Shown here: in pieces, positions 38,583 to 47,425 of the stretch
How positions within the stretch are numbered: the first letter of the stretch is position 1
Layout: each line of letters starts with the position of its first letter
Source of the DNA: Cryomorphaceae bacterium
GTDB lineage: Bacteria > Bacteroidota > Bacteroidia > Flavobacteriales > Schleiferiaceae
Direction: 5' to 3'
Assembly (NCBI GenBank): GCA_024638285.1
Contig: JAHEKP010000001.1
Span: forward strand, 9,093 to 73,092
Length of the DNA: 64,000 nt
The notes under the pieces: generated by a model
The model's database searches: none
The model's input: only the letters and a program-made list of their open reading frames with translations
Told to the model about the DNA's origin: nothing
Program-made: the position numbers and the translations under genes

Positions 38583-39903
38583 TTTATTCGCATTACTCAC
38601 TGTTTTTGCGAGTGCTCAACCTCAAACAGTCGATGGTGTAGCAGCCATTGTAGGGGGGGATGTCATTCTTAAAAGCGATATTGATGAGCAGTACGATGTT
38701 TTTAATCGTCAGAACTTTGGTAAACCGGTGACGTATTGTGAAGTATTTGAAGAATTATTATTTCAAAAACTACTCATACACCATGCTGCGATAGATTCCA
38801 TATCTGTAGGGGAGGAAGAGGTAGAGTCGAACATGGACCGCCGGATTCAGCAGTTGATTATGCAAATGGGAGATCAGAAGAAATTAGAAGATTTCTATGA
38901 AAAATCAGTTGTGGAAATCAAAGAAGACATGCGTACGCTTATTAAAGAACAACTGACCGCACAACGTATGCAGATGACTGTTGTTGAGGGTATTGAAGTA
39001 ACGCCGTCCGAGGTTCGAGAATACTATGAAAACTTACCGGAAGACAGTATTCCACTGATCAGTGCTGAAGTAGAATTGAGTCAGGTGGTTAAATTCCCTG
39101 AATTGTCTGATGAAGCGGAGCAGGAAGTGATTTCGAAGTTAAAAGAGCTTAAGGGAAGAATAGAAAACGGAACATCGTTCTCTTCAATGGCAATTCTCTA
39201 CAGTGAGGATCCAGGTTCGAATAAGAAAGGCGGGGAATACCAAGGTATTCAGCGTGGTGTGTTCGTGAAGGAGTTTGAGGCGGTCGCCTTTAATCTGCGC
39301 AAAGGAGAAATCAGTGATCCATTCAAGACTGAATTTGGTTACCATATTGTTCAGTTGTTGGAGAAGCGTGGTGAAGAGTTGGACCTTAGACATATTCTCA
39401 TCAAACCCAAGTTGACGCAAGAGAACCTGCAAGAAGCAAAGAATTTTTTAGACAGTATTAGTGTTGCAATAGCGAATGGTGAAATGACTTTTGAAGAAGC
39501 TTCTAGACGTTTTAGCGATGATGAACAAACACGATTTAACGGAGGACAGATGAGTAATTTTCAAAGTGGTAATAATAAGTTTGAAGTGTCTCAGCTGGAT
39601 CGTGGTCTCTTTGGTTTAATGAATACAATAGAAGAAGGCGAAATTTCAGAGGCATCGTTCTACCGTACAGAGGATCAGCGAGAAGCGTTTCGTATTGTTC
39701 GTTTGGATGCGAAATATGAGCCACACAAAGCTAATCTAGATCTAGACTTCACTCGAATTAAAGGATTCGCTCTTCAGCAAAAACAGGCAAAAACGGTGGA
39801 AGAGTGGAAAAATGAAAAATTGGCAGATACATTCGTAAAGATAAACGAGGGCTATTTCGATTGTGCTGAAGCGTTGAATTCATGGAATAGTAATAATGAC
39901 TAA
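38527..39903 (+). CDS. SurA-like peptidyl-prolyl isomerase
   Basis: Signal peptide, SurA-N-like region, parvulin domain (GGEYQGIQRGVFVKEFEAVAFNLRKGEISDPFKTEFGYHIVQLLEKRG). The start may be 38548 instead. Confidence 0.75.
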   Translation: MKKILLNMQLKKAHLLYTSLFALLTVFASAQPQTVDGVAAIVGGDVILKSDIDEQYDVFNRQNFGKPVTYCEVFEELLFQKLLIHHAAIDSISVGEEEVESNMDRRIQQLIMQMGDQKKLEDFYEKSVVEIKEDMRTLIKEQLTAQRMQMTVVEGIEVTPSEVREYYENLPEDSIPLISAEVELSQVVKFPELSDEAEQEVISKLKELKGRIENGTSFSSMAILYSEDPGSNKKGGEYQGIQRGVFVKEFEAVAFNLRKGEISDPFKTEFGYHIVQLLEKRGEELDLRHILIKPKLTQENLQEAKNFLDSISVAIANGEMTFEEASRRFSDDEQTRFNGGQMSNFQSGNNKFEVSQLDRGLFGLMNTIEEGEISEASFYRTEDQREAFRIVRLDAKYEPHKANLDLDFTRIKGFALQQKQAKTVEEWKNEKLADTFVKINEGYFDCAEALNSWNSNND

Positions 39904-40858
39904 CCAGCAAATCATAGCCATTTTTGAAAATGCTCCAACGAAACTTCAGGCGTTTAAATCTGAAGTGGGTAAAGTAATTATTGGGCAGGAGGAAGCGGTA
40001 GATTTGATTACCATGTCTATTCTTTGTCAAGGGCACAGCTTGTTAGTAGGAGTCCCTGGATTGGCAAAAACCTTATTAATTACCTCCGTGAGTCAAGCCT
40101 TAGGACTTGATTTCTCTCGTATCCAATTTACACCTGATTTAATGCCTTCGGACATTACTGGTACGGAGGTATTGAATGCTCAAAGAGAATTCACCTTTCA
40201 TAAAGGGCCGATTTTTTCCAATGTGGTGCTTGCTGATGAAATTAATAGAACGCCACCTAAAACTCAGGCGGCATTGTTAGAGGCGATGCAAGAGAAAAAG
40301 GTGAGTGCAGCGGGTAAAACTATGGATTTGCCTCAACCTTTTTTCGTTTTGGCAACACAAAACCCAATCGAGCAAGAAGGCACTTATCCTTTACCAGAGG
40401 CGCAACTGGATCGTTTTCTCTTTAATATTTTCGTGGACTATCCCGCGCTCGATGAAGAACGTGCAGTAGTACGGGCCACTACCATAGGCGGAAGTAATCA
40501 ACTGAAGCCTGTACTTTCTTCGCAAGAGGTCCTCGATCTACAGTTTGCCTTGCGAGCTATGCCAGTAACCGATGCAGTAGTAGATTACGCTGTAACCCTG
40601 GCACGCAAGACACGACCCGGCAAAGCAGGGGCGAGTAGCGTTGCTGAAAACTACTTCTCTTGGGGTGCAGGACCACGTGCTTCACAGAATCTAGTCCTAG
40701 CGGCAAAGGCGTTGGCCATGATGAAGGGGGAAGGAACACCTAGCACTGCACATGTAAAGCAAATTGCAACTGCTGTGCTGCGCCATCGTGTCGTTATAAA
40801 CTATAAGGCAAAAGGCGAGGGATTGACGGTGGATGCATTAATTGGTCAGCTGCTTTAG
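39896..40858 (+). CDS. MoxR-family AAA+ ATPase
   Basis: Walker A GVPGLAKT, Walker B VLADEINR, ATQNPIEQEGTYPLPEAQLDRF, about 320 aa. Confidence 0.9.
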   Translation: MTNQQIIAIFENAPTKLQAFKSEVGKVIIGQEEAVDLITMSILCQGHSLLVGVPGLAKTLLITSVSQALGLDFSRIQFTPDLMPSDITGTEVLNAQREFTFHKGPIFSNVVLADEINRTPPKTQAALLEAMQEKKVSAAGKTMDLPQPFFVLATQNPIEQEGTYPLPEAQLDRFLFNIFVDYPALDEERAVVRATTIGGSNQLKPVLSSQEVLDLQFALRAMPVTDAVVDYAVTLARKTRPGKAGASSVAENYFSWGAGPRASQNLVLAAKALAMMKGEGTPSTAHVKQIATAVLRHRVVINYKAKGEGLTVDALIGQLL

Positions 40859-40924
40859 TCTGTACTTCTGTTAAGACGCGTTAAACTTCTGATACATCCC
40901 ATTAGTTCGTTTTATTTTCGTGGC

Positions 40925-42331
40925 ATGTTGAATCCACTCATTAGTAAGTTTCGCAAACACGCATTAACGGCAGTTCTTACTGCTGCTGTGCTTGGTGCTC
41001 TGTTACTGCAATTGAATTTACTCTCTGGTGAATTGGAATTACAAAAGCAGCAGTTTGATTCAGATGTCAGTGCAACTGCCTCTGCTATTAATGAACGGGT
41101 TCGCCTGTATGTTAAAAGAAAAAGTACTGGGGCACTGAAACGCAGTACTTCTAGTGATTCTACAGTGACTATAAATACTCCGATGGGTACAACCACATTG
41201 CGGTGGTCGGCTACACAGGGGGCAGTGCCTTATGGTTCAGGGTTTGGAATGGATACTACCATGATTTCAGGATTTCTAGATGATTTTCAAAGTTCTTTGC
41301 CATGGGAAACGCTTATTTCTTCGGCAGAAATGGACAGCTTGTTGCAAAGTGAATTACGTGTCCATGGAATCCGTACTGCGCCTAAATGGGCCATAATTGA
41401 GAACGGGTATTTAAACAGTTTACTCAGTGATTCCTTTGAGACGGACAAGGTCTCGTACAACTTCGTTTTAGCAGAAAGCTTTTTCGGCCCTACACGTCAG
41501 TTGCTGATGTATTTTCCTTCTGGTAAATTCTATTTAGCATCGCGTGTTTACCTCAATCTCTTTGTGACTTTACTGTTCTCCACGGTCATTTTATTTGCTT
41601 TTTTTAGTGTGCAGCGCCAAGGGCGTAAACAAAAACGTTTAGCAGCAGTAAAGAGCGATTTCATCAGCAATATGTCTCATGAATTCAAGACACCGCTCGC
41701 GACGATCAGTTTAGCCGTGGATGCCTTGTTGCGCAATGGAGAGCAAATGAATGCAGAACAAATGCGGCAGTATTTGGGCATTATAAAGAGCGAGAATAAG
41801 CGAATGAATGCGCAGATGGAAAGCGTTTTACAAATGTCCATGATGGATAAGGAAGAATTGACCCTCACAGTGGCTCCTATGGATTTAGAAGCCTGTTTAC
41901 GTGAAGCTGTCGACCATTTTAAACTCACAGCTGAACAACGTCAAGGATGGATAGATTTAAGCTGTGAAGCTGGCGAATACCGCATGGAAGGAGATTTAAT
42001 TCAATTCAAAAGTGCGCTGACCAACCTCATCGATAATGCCATTAAATACAGTCTGGATGCGCCGCATGTAAGCGTGAAATTGGACCAAACTGCAACGGAA
42101 TATAGAATTAGGGTTAAAGACCGTGGCATTGGTATGGATGAGGAAATACAGCGACAAGTTTTTGACCGATTTTATCGTGCCACAAAAGGGAATATTCATG
42201 ATGTGAAAGGACACGGTTTAGGCCTTTCCTTCGTTAAAGAAATTATACAAAAGCACGGTGGTAGCATTCATGTGGATAGTGCTCTCAATGTTGGGACCAC
42301 CTTTACGGTGGTATTACCGAAAAACGAATAA
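40925..42331 (+). CDS. Sensor histidine kinase (two TM segments, HisKA + HATPase_c)
   Basis: H-box SNMSHEFKTPLATI, N-box LIDNAIKYS, G-boxes DRGIGM / GHGLGLS. No PAS, LOV, BLUF or other photosensor motif recognised. Confidence 0.9.
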   Translation: MLNPLISKFRKHALTAVLTAAVLGALLLQLNLLSGELELQKQQFDSDVSATASAINERVRLYVKRKSTGALKRSTSSDSTVTINTPMGTTTLRWSATQGAVPYGSGFGMDTTMISGFLDDFQSSLPWETLISSAEMDSLLQSELRVHGIRTAPKWAIIENGYLNSLLSDSFETDKVSYNFVLAESFFGPTRQLLMYFPSGKFYLASRVYLNLFVTLLFSTVILFAFFSVQRQGRKQKRLAAVKSDFISNMSHEFKTPLATISLAVDALLRNGEQMNAEQMRQYLGIIKSENKRMNAQMESVLQMSMMDKEELTLTVAPMDLEACLREAVDHFKLTAEQRQGWIDLSCEAGEYRMEGDLIQFKSALTNLIDNAIKYSLDAPHVSVKLDQTATEYRIRVKDRGIGMDEEIQRQVFDRFYRATKGNIHDVKGHGLGLSFVKEIIQKHGGSIHVDSALNVGTTFTVVLPKNE

Positions 42332-42333
42332 CT

Positions 42334-43023
42334 ATGGAAAAGCAGCGAATCTTATTAGTTGAGGATGATGTGAATTTTGGCAATATGCTTAAAGACACAC
42401 TGGATTTTAATGACTACGAGGTGACGCTCGAACGCGATGGTGTTCAGGGCTTACGCGCATACAAACAAGGCACTTATGAATTGTGCATTTTTGATATCAT
42501 GATGCCGAAGAAAGATGGCTTGACTTTAGCCACCGAGGTAAAGGAGATTGATAATGGACAGCCACTGATTTTTCTAACCGCCAAAGGGCAAAAGGAAGAC
42601 ATCATTGCAGGGTACAGCGCTGGAGCTGATGATTATTTGGTAAAGCCTTTTGATACAGATGTTTTACTCTATAAGATTCAGGCAATCATTGGTCGTAAAG
42701 CAGCTGAAATGGACGAAGAGCCTGATACGTTGAACATAGGGAGCTTTATTTTAGAGCCGAAAATTCGTCAGTTAAGTCGCGAGGATGAATTGGTTCGATT
42801 GAGTCCTAAAGAAAGTGACCTTTTAAAAATGCTTATTCAACATAAGAACCAACTGATGCCAAGAAGCAAAGCACTTTTAAAGATTTGGCGCGAGGATAAC
42901 TACTTTACGGGACGTTCTATGGATGTTTATGTCGCTAAACTCCGTAAATATTTAAAGGTAGATGAGCGTATTCGGATAGAGAACGTTCATGGTGAAGGGT
43001 TCAGATTGGTCGAGGAAGCTTAA
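42334..43023 (+). CDS. OmpR-family response regulator
   Basis: Receiver domain (ILLVEDD...IFDIMMPKKDG...LTAKG) plus a winged-helix trans_reg_C (VYVAKLRKYL...IENVHGEGFRL). Confidence 0.9.
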   Translation: MEKQRILLVEDDVNFGNMLKDTLDFNDYEVTLERDGVQGLRAYKQGTYELCIFDIMMPKKDGLTLATEVKEIDNGQPLIFLTAKGQKEDIIAGYSAGADDYLVKPFDTDVLLYKIQAIIGRKAAEMDEEPDTLNIGSFILEPKIRQLSREDELVRLSPKESDLLKMLIQHKNQLMPRSKALLKIWREDNYFTGRSMDVYVAKLRKYLKVDERIRIENVHGEGFRLVEEA

Positions 43024-44483
43024 GATTTCCTTTTGCTGGGATTCACCAGTTTTTCTAGGATGTGTTTCGCCTCTTCCCTAGAAGCTTTTGTCTTTTTAAT
43101 GCTATAGAGTTGGTCGCTTGCATGTTTTCTTGCACGGGTAAGATCGACAATAGGGGTCTTTGGATAGCTCCCTGTATCCCATTGTTCCATTTCCCACATC
43201 ATCGGTGGAATGGCCCAGGGTTCATGCAAATGTGGTAAAGGCAAGTCCTTTAGTTCGGGCAGCCATTGCTTAATGAATTCACCCTTTGCGTCTTGGTCAT
43301 AGCTTTGCTTGATAGGGTTGTAAATACGGATGGTATTTACACCGGTGTAGCCGCTTTGCATTTGAAACTGCGTATAGTGAATGCCAGGTTCAAAATCTGT
43401 AAAGGTGCTGGCTAGGTAACGTGCACCAGCTTCCCATGGCAACCAGAGGTATTGACTGTAGAAGCTTACCACCATGGCGCGCATCCTAAAATTAAGATAG
43501 CCTGTTGCGGCTACACAACGCATACACGCATCGACTAAAGGAACACCTGTAGTGCCGTTTTTCCAAGCCTTAAATTTATCCTCATCCCAAATCTTTGATG
43601 CATCTATAGCAGCGTAAGCCCTATTTATAGGGTGGAATTCGTAGCTACAGACGCTTTCAAATTTCTGTATAAAATGTGCTTGCCAACGCAATCGATCGAC
43701 AAATGCGCGTTGGTTTCGCTTACTGCCCGCTAGCTCTACGACCTCTGCCATATGCCATATTTGACGAATACTGAGGTTCCCCCAGGCCAGATGCGGAGAA
43801 ATGCGACTGCATCCTTTTCGACTGGCTAATGGTTTTGAGATACTTTGGGCATAGCCTTTAATTCGCTCTGTAAGGAAGGAATATAGGACCCGCTCAGCGC
43901 GAGATGCGCCTCCCTTTTGAAAGTACGGATGGGGTTCATAGCTATGACTGTGTTGCCAAGATTCAAAGGGATTAGTAAGAGCTTGTTTGCATACGGCATC
44001 TAAATCAGTACGCAGTGGTGCAATATCTACATAGTCGTACCAATCTTTAAGCCAGTTTTTACGGTGTTTAAGCCCTCTTTTAACGCCACCGTAATCCCAT
44101 TCATTCCAGGAAATATCGTTGGAATCTAATAGATGCTTAACGGCCTTATCTCGCTTAAAAGTTTTATCGATCCCCGTTTCTCGGTGACTGTAAACGGCCT
44201 TTACAGTGTAGTTAGCTAGACAATGCTTAAAAAAATCCACTGCCTCCACGTTTAAAAAGTAAACGACTTCTTTACCAGCAACTTCATTCAGGTCTTTAAT
44301 AGAATCCCAAATAAATCGTTCATGCCGCGGGTCGTATGGTTTTTCGCTCCATAGCAATGGTTCATAGAGTGCTACAAAAAAAACCGATTCTCCAGCAGCT
44401 AAAGCGCTTCGAATGGGGGCATGGTCGTGCCATCTAAAATCGCGTTTAAACCAAACAATATGAATGGATTGCTTAGCCGTCAC
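43020..44483 (-). CDS. Divergent cryptochrome/photolyase family (CPF) protein, class not assignable by eye
   Basis: N-terminal photolyase alpha/beta fold (IVWFKRDFRWHDHAP) and a C-terminal FAD-binding domain (GVPLVDACMR...GYLNFRMRAMVVSF...IRIYNPIKQSYDQD...WLPEL). It has atypical RLRWQAHFIQKFE and TDFEPGIHYTQFQMQSG segments. Confidence 0.8.
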   Translation of the reverse strand: MTAKQSIHIVWFKRDFRWHDHAPIRSALAAGESVFFVALYEPLLWSEKPYDPRHERFIWDSIKDLNEVAGKEVVYFLNVEAVDFFKHCLANYTVKAVYSHRETGIDKTFKRDKAVKHLLDSNDISWNEWDYGGVKRGLKHRKNWLKDWYDYVDIAPLRTDLDAVCKQALTNPFESWQHSHSYEPHPYFQKGGASRAERVLYSFLTERIKGYAQSISKPLASRKGCSRISPHLAWGNLSIRQIWHMAEVVELAGSKRNQRAFVDRLRWQAHFIQKFESVCSYEFHPINRAYAAIDASKIWDEDKFKAWKNGTTGVPLVDACMRCVAATGYLNFRMRAMVVSFYSQYLWLPWEAGARYLASTFTDFEPGIHYTQFQMQSGYTGVNTIRIYNPIKQSYDQDAKGEFIKQWLPELKDLPLPHLHEPWAIPPMMWEMEQWDTGSYPKTPIVDLTRARKHASDQLYSIKKTKASREEAKHILEKLVNPSKRKS

Positions 44484-45102
44484 TTTTAGTTGATTTTACT
44501 TCTGGAAAGGGGAGTTGTGCGATGGATTGTGGTGTAAAATAATGTTGCAATCCCAGTGCCAATAGAGGCGGTTTCTCGAAGTGTAAAGTGCGGTCTCTAC
44601 GTAGTAGGGCATCACCTAATCCTACGTTTTGAACGCGACCTACAGTATATATGCAATCGTTTTTCAGCTTAAAACTTTCCTCCCATTCCAATTCTACTGC
44701 CCACAAGGCAGTAGTTGGTATAGGATGGGTCCATCCCGCTATAACCTCGCAATGCCCTTCCAAATGCTCCCATTCAAATAGTTCTGCGTGGTAAGAAGCG
44801 CTGCAATCATGCAGTCGCTGCATTTCCTCTTCCGGGAGTGCGACTAGGGTGATGCGTTTGAATTTTTGATAATTGGTATAGGAATGTCTATTGCCATTAT
44901 CTGGTCGGAATAAGATACTCATACAAGCCGGGTTGGCTCCAACGTGTGTAACATTGGTAAAGACACCCGCATTCCAATTACCGTCTATACCTGATAGTGC
45001 GAGAAAGGCCGTACGCACACCAGAAACGGCATTCACTAGTCCAGTGCGCTCGCTACGTTCAAGACCGTCTAATGCTGCTGCTGTAAACGATTCCTTCCAC
45101 AT
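44473..45102 (-). CDS. Flavin reductase-like (FMN-binding split-barrel) protein
   Basis: LVNAVSGVRTAFLALSGIDGNWNAGVFTNVTHVGANPACMSILFRP resembles the flavin reductase domain core. It overlaps the CPF gene by 11 nt and lies 2 nt from the SDR gene. Confidence 0.55.
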   Translation of the reverse strand: MWKESFTAAALDGLERSERTGLVNAVSGVRTAFLALSGIDGNWNAGVFTNVTHVGANPACMSILFRPDNGNRHSYTNYQKFKRITLVALPEEEMQRLHDCSASYHAELFEWEHLEGHCEVIAGWTHPIPTTALWAVELEWEESFKLKNDCIYTVGRVQNVGLGDALLRRDRTLHFEKPPLLALGLQHYFTPQSIAQLPFPEVKSTKSDG

Positions 45103-45104
45103 GG

Positions 45105-45791
45105 TTAAAGTACGCTCTGTCCACCGTCAATATGAACGATCTGACCTGTCATCCAACTGCTTTTTTCGCCCAGTAGGAATGCTGCCATCTCAGCAATATC
45201 AGCTGCTTCGCCAACACGTTTCATTGGGTTATTCGCCCCAATCGCGTCCTTCTTTTCCGGAGTACTTAGCAGTTTTGATGCTAACGGGGTATCAGTAAGG
45301 CTCGGTGCGATGCAGTTGATGCGTGCTTTCGGCGCCCACTCTGAAGCAATGGCGCGAGTCAATCCCTCGATCGCCCCTTTTGATGTGCTCACTGTAGCAT
45401 GAAAAGGCATTCCACGTTGAACGGCAACTGTGGAGAACAAAACGCAAGACGCGATGCTTTCTTTATTGAAGTTCTTTTGCGCAGCCTGAAGGGCTTTAAT
45501 GGCGCCCATGACTTGCAACTGAAAATCTGCTTCAAAAACCTCTGGTTTTAGTCCACGGAATGGTTTTAGGTTGATCGAGCCAACACTGTACATGAGTCCG
45601 TCAATATTTTCCGGCATAATGTCGTCCCAAGAATCCGTGAGTACATCAAACTCTTCCCATTCAATAGTGTGTGCAGGTCCTTCATAAGGCGTTCTGCTAA
45701 ATACCGTGATTTGGTGTCCTTCTGAGGCGAGTAGTTCAGCTGTTGCTTTACCAATTCCTTTGCTTCCGCCAACGATTACGTAGTGTTTCAT
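45105..45791 (-). CDS. Short-chain dehydrogenase/reductase (SDR)
   Basis: VIVGGSKGIGKATAELLA cofactor motif, a predicted S...YxxxK-type catalytic region, 228 aa. Confidence 0.85.
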   Translation of the reverse strand: MKHYVIVGGSKGIGKATAELLASEGHQITVFSRTPYEGPAHTIEWEEFDVLTDSWDDIMPENIDGLMYSVGSINLKPFRGLKPEVFEADFQLQVMGAIKALQAAQKNFNKESIASCVLFSTVAVQRGMPFHATVSTSKGAIEGLTRAIASEWAPKARINCIAPSLTDTPLASKLLSTPEKKDAIGANNPMKRVGEAADIAEMAAFLLGEKSSWMTGQIVHIDGGQSVL

Positions 45792-45851
45792 AGTTACTTA
45801 TTCTAAGATTCTAAACCCAATTTTGGCATCAAGGTTCGCAGTTGTGCGGTA

Positions 45852-45882
45852 TTAAAGACGATGTGGCGTACTTTGTGGTTCC
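45852..45882 (-). promoter_or_regulatory. ECF-sigma-style promoter candidate upstream of the SDR / flavin-reductase-like / CPF operon
   Basis: Minus strand reads GGAAC - N17 - CGTCTTTAA, about 60 nt upstream of the SDR ATG. Confidence 0.5.
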
Positions 45883-45895
45883 TTAATCACAGCAC

Positions 45896-47413
45896 ATGAA
45901 ACGACTCGAAATAGGAACCGCGCCTCTATCATATATTGATTATCAGTCCATTGCAGACGGTTCAGTAGAAATCGCTCTATCTGAAACCGCCCAATCGCGT
46001 ATCGCAGCATCAAGAAAATTTCTTGAAGAAAAATCCGCACGTAGTGTAGCCCCCATTTATGGAGTGAATACGGGCTTTGGAAGTTTATGTTCCATTGAAG
46101 TGGACGCCGAAGATTTAGGAACCTTACAGACAAATTTGGTTCGCTCGCATGCTTGCGGGACAGGTGATCACGTGATGCTGCCTATAGTCCGGTTGATCAT
46201 TGCCTTAAAATTGAAAAGTTTCGCTGTAGGAGTCAGTGGTGTTCGCCTCGAGGTATGTGAGAGCTTAGTCCAGCTCTACAATAGTGGTGCATTACCGGTA
46301 ATTTATGCGCAAGGTTCCTTAGGAGCGAGCGGTGATCTTGCTCCGCTCGCACACATGAGCCTACCTTTATTAGGAGAAGGAAGTCTTTGGTTTCAAGGAG
46401 AAATTTGTGAAACTAAAGAGGTGTTGGGCCAATTAGGCCCCAAAGCTTGGGCCACCCATACCTTGGCATCGAAAGAGGGTTTAGCCCTTTTAAACGGTAC
46501 CCAATTCATGTCTGCTCATGGGATCTACGCTACGCTACATGCTCGTAGATTGGATTATTTCTCTGATTTCATAGGCGCTCTATCCACAGCAGCGCACGAC
46601 GGTAGAATTGAGGCTTTTTCAAAAGGTGTTCATGCCACGCGACCTCAACGTGGTCAGGTGCTGACAGCCAAGCGTTTATTTCAATGGCTGAATGAGGCGC
46701 CTATCATGCACAATGAGAAAGTGCACGTGCAAGATCCTTACAGTTTTCGTTGCATGCCGCAAGTCCACGGCGCCACGAAAAACGCTTTATGGCATGCGAT
46801 GGAAGTGATTGAAACGGAAGTGAATTCCGCAACAGACAATCCGGTTGTTTTAGAAGAAGAAGATGCAGTAGTTAGCGCAGGAAACTTCCATGGTCAACCT
46901 CTGGCTTTGGTGCTGGATTACATGGCACTTGCACTACACGAATTAGGTTCAATCTCTGAACGTCGTACCTATCAATTAATATCGGGTAGGAGAGGTTTGC
47001 CGCCTTTCTTAACCCCAAATCCTGGCCTGAACAGCGGACTGATGATCGCGCAATACACAGCGGCTGGAATTGTTAGCCAGAATAAACAATATTGCACTCC
47101 GGCGTCTGCAGATAGTATTGAGAGTTCAAACGGGCAAGAAGACCATGTGAGTATGGGAGCGAACGCTGCTACAAAATTGGTCAAAGTGGTAGACAATTTA
47201 TACCAAATTCTAGGTATTGAATTACTGAATGCATCACAGGCACTGCACTTGCGTGAGGCCAATATCAGCCCAACCATGCAGCGCTTTATAGCATCTTTTC
47301 AGGAGTTGGTTCCTGTCATTGATGAAGACCGGTATTTGCATCCTGACCTCATTGCTTCCCAACAGTTTTTACGTACATGGTCTCTTGAAGATGATGTACT
47401 TTTGTCTCTCTAA
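45896..47413 (+). CDS. hutH: Histidine ammonia-lyase
   Basis: MIO-forming GASGDLAPLAHM. The selectivity-switch position reads LVRSHACG (Ser-His, as in HAL, not His-Leu as in TAL or Phe-Leu as in PAL). Confidence 0.85.
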   Translation: MKRLEIGTAPLSYIDYQSIADGSVEIALSETAQSRIAASRKFLEEKSARSVAPIYGVNTGFGSLCSIEVDAEDLGTLQTNLVRSHACGTGDHVMLPIVRLIIALKLKSFAVGVSGVRLEVCESLVQLYNSGALPVIYAQGSLGASGDLAPLAHMSLPLLGEGSLWFQGEICETKEVLGQLGPKAWATHTLASKEGLALLNGTQFMSAHGIYATLHARRLDYFSDFIGALSTAAHDGRIEAFSKGVHATRPQRGQVLTAKRLFQWLNEAPIMHNEKVHVQDPYSFRCMPQVHGATKNALWHAMEVIETEVNSATDNPVVLEEEDAVVSAGNFHGQPLALVLDYMALALHELGSISERRTYQLISGRRGLPPFLTPNPGLNSGLMIAQYTAAGIVSQNKQYCTPASADSIESSNGQEDHVSMGANAATKLVKVVDNLYQILGIELLNASQALHLREANISPTMQRFIASFQELVPVIDEDRYLHPDLIASQQFLRTWSLEDDVLLSL

Positions 47414-47425
47414 CCTGAGAATATC

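Noticed and set aside
40883-40915. CGTTTTAT (identical to the bcp and DUF2256 -10-like element) upstream of the histidine kinase gene
   Set aside because: The nearest AAC is 21 nt upstream, outside the 16-17 nt spacing of ECF-type promoters. It may be coincidence in AT-rich DNA and was not counted as a site.
45896-47413. Ammonia-lyase as a tyrosine ammonia-lyase feeding flexirubin or aryl-polyene pigment synthesis
   Set aside because: The selectivity-switch residues are Ser-His (LVRSHACG), as in histidine ammonia-lyases, and no dar/flx-type pigment genes are adjacent. It is called hutH, although no hutU or hutI is nearby.
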